Below, piece by piece: positions 34,345 to 42,001 of a DNA stretch of 64,000 bases. Position 1 is the first letter of the stretch; each line of letters begins with the position of its first letter. The notes under the pieces were generated by a model that saw only the letters and a list, made by a program, of their open reading frames with translations, did not search any database and was not told the origin of the DNA. The position numbers were made by a program, and so were the translations under genes. This stretch comes from Flavobacterium sp. (lineage in GTDB: Bacteria > Bacteroidota > Bacteroidia > Flavobacteriales > Flavobacteriaceae). Where the stretch lies: NCBI RefSeq assembly GCF_965277525.1, contig NZ_CBDIDC010000011.1, positions 687,068-751,067 of the forward strand. The letters are read 5' to 3'.

Positions 34345-34767
34345 GAGTAATGAATTATTAAATTAGAAATCGTTTGTTTTTATTAGTGATAAATATATAG
34401 TAAAATTTTTAATTCTTTTTTTTTAATTTACTGCAATTCATGTGTTTATGAGGTAGGTATGCCTCGATTAAAAATATTTTTAAAAGAAAAAGGAAAAAAA
34501 GAAAGCAGTCTTGAATTGGACAATCAGACAGTTGAAGTGCTATAAGTCCCGAAGGGCATTTTTTGAGGAACGAAGAAAAATGTTATGCGCACTTCTCTGG
34601 CTGTGTACAATACCTTGCTTTGCTTTTTTTCTTTTAGCAATAATTTTTAAATTTTAAGATTGTACCTACTATATTAGCAGATATAAATTTTTGAATTATA
34701 TTGAAAATGGCTTTGAGGTAAAAAAATAAACTTTTGTTTATTAACATGTGTAATCCGTTATTTTATC

Positions 34768-34803
34768 TACGCAAAATTATTGCGTACAACTTTTATAGTT
34801 TTG
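34768..34803 (+). promoter_or_regulatory. palindrome tacgcaa-N5-ttgcgta overlapping the promoter region, plus a -7 box TAgtTTTG, upstream of the ApeA-like gene
   Basis: The inverted repeat lies at 34768-34786 and tagttttg at 34796-34803. The ATG is at 34847. Confidence 0.3.
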
Positions 34804-34846
34804 ATTCGAAATAAGGAAGTGTAATATTAAAAACTGAACAATATTT

Positions 34847-36256
34847 ATGACAGAAAGATTTGAGATAAAAGGTTTATGGTTTTTACCGAGTAACAAAGAC
34901 AAAAAAGTTTCAGGTGTATTGAGATTTGATCCTGTCGAAGGTTCTTATCTAGAATTAATAGGGTCTTTAGACGAGAATATAAGTCTTCAGGATTTTAATT
35001 CGTTAGACAATGGTGCTATAATTTTAGGAACTTCTGTTGACAGTGAATCAATCACACTTTATCATTGTTATTTGAGCTCTAGAGAAAAAAAATCAGTACG
35101 TAATGAAATAGCTGGGCCAATAAAAGAAACGTTTTTCGTTAACTTCATTTTAAATGGCTATCATTTTGAAAATGAAGAATCTTTTAAATTTAATACCATT
35201 GCGAGTTCACTACAAAATTTTGATGAGTGGCTCGATATCTCAGGTTTTCAGATTGATCATGAAACAACGATTGAAAATTCATATAGTATAAATTATATAA
35301 AACCAAAAGACATTCAGTTTGATCTTCATGAAAATCATAACGGGAAATTTACTTTTCATGTTTCGAGACCTCATGTTTATTCTCAAAAACATGAATATAT
35401 CATTCAAGAAGCATGGTTAGAGCTAAATTCTAGAAACGAAATCGGTTTACAAGAAATACGTCAATTGTTAAACCGTTTTCAAAATTTTCTGACTATGGGG
35501 ATATACCAAAGTGTTTACCCTCAAAAAATTATTCTTTATAATAATAATTTAAAAAACGATTTTGGTATGGCTGGAAAATATAGAAAACCAATTAAATTTT
35601 ATTATTCTAGTAGCCGTCAAAGAAAAAATAAGAAAGAAAAACATTCATTTGAGATGCTTTTTAACTATACGAAAATTAAAGATGTTTTTCCGTTAATTAT
35701 AAAAAACTGGTTTGAAAAGTATGATCGATTAAGCCCTGCTTTTAATCTTTTGTTTGATCAATTTTATAACGGAGCAATATTTAATGAAAATACATTCCTC
35801 AATCTTGCACAATCAGCGGAAACTTTGCATTCAAGGATCTATGACCATACAAAAATACCGAAGGAAGAATATGAGGCAATGAAAAAAGAAATATTAGAAA
35901 AATTACCACAGTATCATAGCTGGATGAAAGAACAATTACACTTTGGTAATCATCTAGATTTATCACAAAGACTAACAGAATTAACTGAGAAATATTCTAA
36001 TGAAGTAATAGATAAGATTATTCCAGAAAAATCAAATTTTGTTACACAGGTCAAAAATCTAAGAAATTATTATACTCACTATAGTAAATCCTTAGAAAAA
36101 AAAGTAATTCCTGAAAGAGATCTGCTCTTTTTATCTGAAAGATTAAAAATGTTACTAGTAAGTGGATTTTTGTTTGAAATTGGCATTCCTAAAGAATTGT
36201 CAAATACACTATTTAAAAATGCTAGTCCGAACTTATTTAGACATTTATTACCTTGA
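34847..36256 (+). CDS. ApeA-like HEPN-domain anti-phage defence protein
   Basis: The N-terminus FEIKGLWFLPSN..KVSGVLRFDPVEGSYLELIGSL resembles the ApeA N-terminal domain. The C-terminal LRNYYTHY is an Rx4H HEPN motif. It is a single-gene unit on a mobile element. Confidence 0.55.
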   Translation: MTERFEIKGLWFLPSNKDKKVSGVLRFDPVEGSYLELIGSLDENISLQDFNSLDNGAIILGTSVDSESITLYHCYLSSREKKSVRNEIAGPIKETFFVNFILNGYHFENEESFKFNTIASSLQNFDEWLDISGFQIDHETTIENSYSINYIKPKDIQFDLHENHNGKFTFHVSRPHVYSQKHEYIIQEAWLELNSRNEIGLQEIRQLLNRFQNFLTMGIYQSVYPQKIILYNNNLKNDFGMAGKYRKPIKFYYSSSRQRKNKKEKHSFEMLFNYTKIKDVFPLIIKNWFEKYDRLSPAFNLLFDQFYNGAIFNENTFLNLAQSAETLHSRIYDHTKIPKEEYEAMKKEILEKLPQYHSWMKEQLHFGNHLDLSQRLTELTEKYSNEVIDKIIPEKSNFVTQVKNLRNYYTHYSKSLEKKVIPERDLLFLSERLKMLLVSGFLFEIGIPKELSNTLFKNASPNLFRHLLP

Positions 36257-36286
36257 TTTGAATATAAGTTAGGGTAACAATTATTC

Positions 36287-36321
36287 AAAAATAAAGAGAC
36301 TGATGAGTCTCTTTATTTTTT
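36287..36321. terminator. bidirectional terminator between convergent genes
   Basis: aaaataaagagac (36288-36300) pairs with gtctctttatttt (36307-36319), with A- and T-runs on both sides. Confidence 0.7.
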
Positions 36322-36345
36322 GAATTAATATATCTTTTAAAAAGC

Positions 36346-36738
36346 TTATTTGTCTTTTAGTAATTTTTCCAAATACTCGACTTTGTCTTTTTCTGCTTGA
36401 ACCAAACGTTCATAAAGCTCAACAACCTTATCTAGCGGATTAAAGTTAATAGTATCTTGTCGCCCAAAATTATTATTTGCAACAGCTTCATTAAAAGTGT
36501 TGAAATAATTAATTACACCTTCATCAGAAAAATTTTTAATTGCTTCCACGCTTACTCCTAAAGCTTTTGCCACTTCTTTTAATTTTTCATCATCTATTTC
36601 TTCACTGTTTTCTAATATCGAAACAGTCTGCTGGTTTGTTCCCATAGCCTGCGCGAGCGCTTCCTGCTTCATGTCTTTCAGTTCACGGATACGGCTGATT
36701 TTGCGTCCCATGTGATTTGGTTTTGTTAATGTACTCAT
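36346..36738 (-). CDS. XRE-family HTH regulator with a C-terminal extension
   Basis: MGRKISRIRELKDMKQEALAQAMGTNQQTVSILE is a Cro/CI-type HTH. Confidence 0.8.
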   Translation of the reverse strand: MSTLTKPNHMGRKISRIRELKDMKQEALAQAMGTNQQTVSILENSEEIDDEKLKEVAKALGVSVEAIKNFSDEGVINYFNTFNEAVANNNFGRQDTINFNPLDKVVELYERLVQAEKDKVEYLEKLLKDK

Positions 36739-36800
36739 AGCTCAAAGATAATAATTAAGAATAAAAAAGAGGGATTCATGTATGATACAAAAAATCTCAT

Positions 36801-36834
36801 GTACGGTACGGTAAAATTTGATACGGTACGGTAC
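36801..36834. promoter_or_regulatory. two blocks of tandem GTACG pentamers (gtacggtacggta ... tacggtacggtac); candidate operator
   Basis: Blocks at 36801-36813 and 36822-36834, separated by aaatttga, in the 161-bp divergent intergenic region between the XRE gene and 36900..37769. Confidence 0.4.
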
Positions 36835-36899
36835 AAGTAATTGCTTACTTGCCTGTGTGTTAAACAAAAATACAATTTTTCAGACAAGTATTAACTAAA

Positions 36900-37769
36900 A
36901 TGATTAAAATTATGAAAGCAATTCAAAACACCGCATCCGATTTAATTTATCGAGTTATTTCGCAGAACATCGATCCGATAGGTATCTACTGTTTTGCACA
37001 GAAGAAAAGCAGTTATACTTTTAATGAGCCTTTTCAAAAGCCCGTCCAGAAAGAAAAGCATGTCCATCTTTATCTGCTGGTCATAGCCGAAGAGTTTGAG
37101 GATAATATCGGCAATGACCTTACCGATAAGATAAAGAGCATATCAAGAGGCCAGATAACGGTAACCATTCTCATGCACCGCCTGAGAAACATCGTGAAAT
37201 TATACGGAGACCAGCAGTATTTCTTCTGGAACATTTTTAAGAAAGCCCAAAGAATTCATATAGATGCATACAGATCGCCGATAATCTGGGCGAAAAATCC
37301 AGAAAAGAGATATGTGAAAAGCACTTCAGCATACGCAGGAGACAGAAGAAATGTTACTGAATCGATCTGGGATCTTATCTATAATAACGACCAGTATTTT
37401 TCCTATGAAGTCAGAATGTGTTCACTCCACCAGATAGTGGAACAGACCTGCCTTTCCCTTATAAGGGTATTTCTGGGATATACCCCGAATCATTTCTCAC
37501 TGGGCTACTTATTTGAGCTGTGCGAATACTTCACAAGCTTAACTTCTGAATATTTTCCCCGAAACAGCAGCGATGAAAAAAATATGTTCAAGCTTCTGAA
37601 AAAAAATCCAAACACGCTTCGATTCAGCAGAAGCAACAGTTTTGATTATCTGTATTATGGAATGATGGAAGGCCGATGTCGTGATTTTATGAAAGAGGCA
37701 GAAGTTATGATCCAGAAGGAACTGGAGAGGCTTGAGGGAATTCATCAGCAGGAAGCTTTATCAGTATAA
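36900..37769 (+). CDS. hypothetical protein with a HEPN-like C-terminal region, possibly a degenerate NTase-HEPN fusion
   Basis: VRMCSLHQIVEQTCLSLIRVFLGY resembles the first HEPN helices and contains R-x4-H. The N-terminal IGIYCFAQ...HLYLLVIAEE loosely resembles a minimal nucleotidyltransferase lacking its catalytic residues. Confidence 0.3.
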   Translation: MIKIMKAIQNTASDLIYRVISQNIDPIGIYCFAQKKSSYTFNEPFQKPVQKEKHVHLYLLVIAEEFEDNIGNDLTDKIKSISRGQITVTILMHRLRNIVKLYGDQQYFFWNIFKKAQRIHIDAYRSPIIWAKNPEKRYVKSTSAYAGDRRNVTESIWDLIYNNDQYFSYEVRMCSLHQIVEQTCLSLIRVFLGYTPNHFSLGYLFELCEYFTSLTSEYFPRNSSDEKNMFKLLKKNPNTLRFSRSNSFDYLYYGMMEGRCRDFMKEAEVMIQKELERLEGIHQQEALSV

Positions 37770-37780
37770 AAACAGAAGTT

Positions 37781-38119
37781 ATGGAAACTGATAAAATCAA
37801 AAAACTGGAAGACATCAGGGTGTTAAGCGGAAAACTGCTTAATGCCCTGAAAAAAGCAGAGGATAAAAGGGGGATGTATAATGCAGAGATCAGGGTTTAT
37901 GGCTATTGCGAACTCGGTTCTGTGATCAGAAACCTGATGAAGCTCTGTATTATTGCTTTAGATCATGACAGCGCAGAAGTTCCGCCCACGATTGAAAATC
38001 AATACATTGATGTTGGGCTTATACTGGGGATTGCACTTCAGCTTTTTCCAGTTGACGAATTAGAATTTTTAAATGAGATTACTGATCTGTTTTCAGAAAG
38101 TAAAGAAGAAACAGAATAG
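37781..38119 (+). CDS. small hypothetical protein, paralog A (METDKIK...)
   Basis: Shares its N-terminus and several blocks (EIR.YGY, ..LALQL.P..E.E.L.EI) with the next gene. Confidence 0.5.
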   Translation: METDKIKKLEDIRVLSGKLLNALKKAEDKRGMYNAEIRVYGYCELGSVIRNLMKLCIIALDHDSAEVPPTIENQYIDVGLILGIALQLFPVDELEFLNEITDLFSESKEETE

Positions 38120-38148
38120 CACAGATTAAGATTTAATATTTTAAAATT

Positions 38149-38466
38149 ATGGAAACTGACAAAATAAAAACACTGGATGAATTTAAGGATTTTGCATCGT
38201 TTCATTTCAAGCTTCTGAAACCTGCTCAGGACAAGAAAGGGGAATCAATACGAGAGATAAGATTTTACGGATACACGGATATGACGTGTCTGGGAGTGAA
38301 TCTCATCCGAATGTGCCTGCATATCATTTATTCAGACGAGCTGGATAACAGAGAAATATACATAGGTTCTGTTCTGGAACTTGCCCTTCAGCTGATTCCA
38401 AGTGCAGAAATTGAGGTTCTGGATGAAATATACAGAATGCTCAATAAGCAGAGGGAGGATAAATGA
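38149..38466 (+). CDS. small hypothetical protein, paralog B (METDKIK...)
   Basis: Tandem paralog of 37781..38119. Confidence 0.5.
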   Translation: METDKIKTLDEFKDFASFHFKLLKPAQDKKGESIREIRFYGYTDMTCLGVNLIRMCLHIIYSDELDNREIYIGSVLELALQLIPSAEIEVLDEIYRMLNKQREDK

Positions 38467-38702
38467 ACACAGGGCTTATCAATGATTCCAATACCGTTTT
38501 CATGAACATATTATGTCCATGAGATTGAGAGAAAAGCATTTTATCTTTGTCAGAATCAAAAATTTTATTGAGTGATGATAAGTAAATTTTACTTGTGATC
38601 CTTAGTTGGTTAGGTTTTATATTTGTGTTATCCTACCCAAATTTTGCGCAGGATAAAAAGAGAAAAGTGTTTTAACTTTATAGCGATGAATGATTGTGGA
38701 AC

Positions 38703-38730
38703 AAAAAAGACCGAGGCTCGGTCTTTTTTT
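38703..38730 (+). terminator. rho-independent terminator
   Basis: aaaagaccg (38705-38713) pairs with cggtctttt (38719-38727), then a T-run. Confidence 0.7.
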
Positions 38731-38748
38731 AATGAAGAGGAATTTCAA

Positions 38749-38958
38749 ATGGAGAGGGATGGAAGAGTAGAAAGAGGAAAAATGACGGCAGAAAAGACAA
38801 GAAAAATGCTGAAAGATGAAGGAGTGGAAGTAACGCTGGAACAGGCGGGAATGATTTTAGAATTTTTAAGAAAACTGGCAAACATGGCAGTTTCAAACTA
38901 TTTAAAGAAAAAAGATGAGAAAAATAGCAGACCTATACGTGAGAGTGAGTACCGATGA
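38749..38958 (+). CDS. small protein preceding the serine recombinase (possible recombination directionality or accessory factor)
   Basis: In-frame ATG downstream of the terminator that lies inside the 38623..38958 track ORF. It overlaps the recombinase start by 44 nt. Confidence 0.4.
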   Translation: MERDGRVERGKMTAEKTRKMLKDEGVEVTLEQAGMILEFLRKLANMAVSNYLKKKDEKNSRPIRESEYR

Positions 38959-40459
38959 GCAGGCAGACAGGGGCTACTCACAGAGAAATCAGGAAGAAAT
39001 GCTTCGAAAATACTGCGATATAAATGCAGTTGAAGTTAGACATGTAATTTATGAAGACCATTCGGCAAAGACATTCAACCGCCCGCAGTGGAAGAAACTG
39101 CTTGCGGATCTAAAGAAGCATAAGAATAAAACTGATCTTCTCCTTTTTACCAAATGGGACAGATTCAGCAGAAATGCAGGAGATGCTTACCAGATGATCA
39201 GTATGCTAAGAAAATTGGGAGTTGAGCCTCAGGCGATAGAACAGCCTTTAGATCTTTCAATACCGGAGAACAAAATGATGCTGGCTTTTTATCTGGCTGC
39301 TCCCGAGGTGGAGAATGATAGAAGAGCCCTGAATACCTTTCACGGTATGAGAAGAGCTAGAAAAGAGGGTAGATATATGGGGATTGCACCAATAGGGTAT
39401 ATTAACAGAGTAAAAGAAGACGGAGCAAAATATATTGCATTCGACCAGCCAGAAGCCTCTATTTTAAAATGGGCTTTTGAAGAACTTTCCAAAGGTATAT
39501 TCAATACGGAACAGGTGCTTCACATGGCAAAAGAAAAAGGGCTTAAAGCAGGCAAGAACCATTTTTGGAGAGCGATTCGCAATCCTCTTTACTGTGGAAA
39601 GATAGAAGTTCCTAAATATAAGGATGAGGAACGCACTTTAGTGAGAGGACAGCATGAAGCATTAATCTCGGAATCACTTTTTTACAAAGTTCAGGATGTG
39701 CTTGACGGGAGATCCCGTAAATATCTTCCAAAAGCTCTTTCAGGCAAGCCTTTTCCGCTGAGAGGTTTTTTCATCTGTCCCGACTGCGGGAAAATATTGA
39801 CTGGAAGCATATCTAAAGGACGACATAAATATTATCCTTATTACCACTGCAGTGCAGGATGCAGATATAGAATAAATTCGGAAACGGCCAATGAGATATT
39901 TATACAGAACCTGAAAAAGTATGTGCCGATTCCTGAAATCAAAAGCATTTATGCCAATGTAATAGGCGACTGTTATAGAGAACAGATTAAAGATGTCTTG
40001 GAAGAGAAAAATAAAATCATAAGCCAGATCAAGGATTATGAAACCAGAATCTCAAATGCGAGAGATCTTCTTGCAACAAAACAGATAGATGCTTCGGACT
40101 ACCGAGAGATGAAGTCAGATTATGGAGAGATGGTAAGAAGGCTTGAACTTAAATTATCTGGCATTGATGATGAGAATAAAGATATCGAAGAGCTTTTAAA
40201 AACTGGAGTTGAGAATCTGATGAAGCTTAACGAATATTATGAAAACGGCAACTGGATTGAATCGAGAGATTTATTAGGTTCGATTTTTCCTGAGAATTTT
40301 ACGATCTCAGAAAACGGGTTTCGAACCGCTAGAGTTAATGAAGTAGTGCATCTCATCTACAGTATTAACAGGCTGATAGGGCTAAATAAAAAAGGGACAA
40401 AGAAGAAATTTTCTTCTTTGTCCCAATTAGTAGCGGGAACGGGACTCGAACCATATTAA
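38915..40459 (+). CDS. large serine recombinase
   Basis: ADLYVRVSTDEQ (catalytic Ser12), a resolvase domain, a recombinase domain, a zinc ribbon (CPDCGKIL...YYHCSAGC) and a coiled-coil. The last ~25 codons are encoded by a terminator hairpin and a tRNA fragment. Confidence 0.9.
   Translation: MRKIADLYVRVSTDEQADRGYSQRNQEEMLRKYCDINAVEVRHVIYEDHSAKTFNRPQWKKLLADLKKHKNKTDLLLFTKWDRFSRNAGDAYQMISMLRKLGVEPQAIEQPLDLSIPENKMMLAFYLAAPEVENDRRALNTFHGMRRARKEGRYMGIAPIGYINRVKEDGAKYIAFDQPEASILKWAFEELSKGIFNTEQVLHMAKEKGLKAGKNHFWRAIRNPLYCGKIEVPKYKDEERTLVRGQHEALISESLFYKVQDVLDGRSRKYLPKALSGKPFPLRGFFICPDCGKILTGSISKGRHKYYPYYHCSAGCRYRINSETANEIFIQNLKKYVPIPEIKSIYANVIGDCYREQIKDVLEEKNKIISQIKDYETRISNARDLLATKQIDASDYREMKSDYGEMVRRLELKLSGIDDENKDIEELLKTGVENLMKLNEYYENGNWIESRDLLGSIFPENFTISENGFRTARVNEVVHLIYSINRLIGLNKKGTKKKFSSLSQLVAGTGLEPY
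40381..40424 (-). terminator. minus-strand rho-independent terminator directly downstream of the tRNA 3'-end fragment
   Basis: The 12-bp perfect stem gggacaaagaag (40394-40405) pairs with cttctttgtccc (40413-40424). On the minus strand it is followed by tttttatttagc. Confidence 0.6.
40430..40452 (-). pseudogene. 23-nt tRNA 3'-end fragment (T-loop, T-stem 3' strand, acceptor 3' strand, discriminator); att-site remnant
   Basis: The minus strand reads GG-TTCGAGT-CCCGT-TCCCGCT-A, a canonical T-loop and acceptor arm. tRNA similarity stops inside the 5' T-stem, and there is no D or anticodon arm. Confidence 0.55.
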
Positions 40460-40776
40460 TTATTGGGTCTTTCCTATAAAAGTTTAAGTATTGATTCTTT
40501 GAGTAAAATAAATCAAAGTCGGTTTAGAATTGTACTTCTTTACGTTGTATCTTACCTGTACCTCGAATTCCTTTTACTTTGGTGATAGCTGGAAATTTAA
40601 TTTCTGAAGGTTTAATTAGTAAAATATTTTAAAGCATTTTTTTGTTTACGCGTTTTCTTGTTTTAACGCCAAAGATTCTGTTTTCTCTTTCCAATTTAAG
40701 GTATTAACTCCATACCAATGTATATTAAAAAAAAAGACATAAAAACATGTATTATTTTTAAAACCATAATTCTACT

Positions 40777-41010
40777 TTATTTTATTAGTAAGTCTATTAC
40801 TTCCCTAACAGAACTAATTGTTAATAAAGCCAAGACAAAAAGTATAGACCATAATGATATCTTTGTACCTATTATCTTTGATTTATAAAAAATGGAATCT
40901 CTATTTCCTTTTTTAAATTTTTCTAAATTCCAACCGTATAATATATACAGCAAGTATCCCATTATTATATAGGAAAAAGATTTAAGGAATAAAAATAATA
41001 TGTATTTCAT
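40777..41010 (-). CDS. small two-TM membrane protein
   Basis: ORF with two hydrophobic helices. Weak support. Confidence 0.3.
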   Translation of the reverse strand: MKYILFLFLKSFSYIIMGYLLYILYGWNLEKFKKGNRDSIFYKSKIIGTKISLWSILFVLALLTISSVREVIDLLIK

Positions 41011-41408
41011 TTTTTTTGATTAAATTGAATCAATCTGCTGTGCTTCCGTAAGCTTGTTTAATAACTTCATTCATTGTATCTATAGCACTACTTAATTCAG
41101 GGAGAAAGAGCGGTATGACCAGGTAATACAGAATCCTTAGCAAAATCCTGGAATCTGCTGCTCTATTTTTACCGTGGAGCAGGAAACTGCTAGCATTCCT
41201 GCTATTGCTATGTTTAACTGTTTCATGACTGTAAGCTTAGAGGCTCTATATTTTTCAAATAATAGTTTCTGTTCAATCATTTGCATGTCTCTAATGTCTG
41301 AACGTGCCATCTTTAAGAAGTTTATCCATTTTTTTTAATATAAATGGAACCCTAAAAAAAAGAAGAAACCTGCAAATCCTTAGACTTGCAGGTTTATTAG
41401 GCTCTTTT

Positions 41409-41996
41409 CTAATGAAAAACATTCGGATCGTAAAACTCTGCTATTATTATCCATTTGTTGCGGTCTTTTTCAGCTAAGCAGACTTTTTTGGCGATGCTGC
41501 TCATGGGCAAAAAACTGTAATAGTAAAAAAGGGCATATTTTCCATCTGCAGTCACAATTGGTCTTGATATTATATTTCCGGATGAAGTCAGCGGCAGAAC
41601 CTGTCTGGCTATTTCAGATTCCAGATCTTTTCGGTTTATTATCGGAATATCAAGGGAATTGAAATTATTGGGATTCCAGCGCTCAGATAAGGTGGTTTTA
41701 TTACTTTCCTTTAATCGGGAAAGTTCATTTTCATTTATTGGCCAGTTCTTAAAATTGCCGGGTAAAACCTCTATCCGTTTTTTTCCAGCAGGCAGGTTTT
41801 TATCGGCATAGGCCATTTCGTAATATTCTAGAGATTTTGCTCTCGGACCTGATTCTTCAATTAGATAGGCTGGAGAGGCATTTGGATTATTTTTAAGATT
41901 CTTTTCTTTTATAAAATCCTGAACGATCTGTTCTTGGACTCTTATTGTTGAACAGGAAGTAAAAATAATACCTGCCAATATTATATATTTTTTCAT
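41409..41996 (-). CDS. lipoprotein, function unknown
   Basis: Lipobox IIFTSC. It starts 5 nt downstream of the HExxH protein gene. Confidence 0.5.
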   Translation of the reverse strand: MKKYIILAGIIFTSCSTIRVQEQIVQDFIKEKNLKNNPNASPAYLIEESGPRAKSLEYYEMAYADKNLPAGKKRIEVLPGNFKNWPINENELSRLKESNKTTLSERWNPNNFNSLDIPIINRKDLESEIARQVLPLTSSGNIISRPIVTADGKYALFYYYSFLPMSSIAKKVCLAEKDRNKWIIIAEFYDPNVFH

Positions 41997-42001
41997 AAAT
42001 A

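Noticed and set aside
38623-38748. 5' extension of the small ORF upstream of the serine recombinase
   Set aside because: The extension contains a strong rho-independent terminator (38703-38730). The start was moved to the ATG at 38749.
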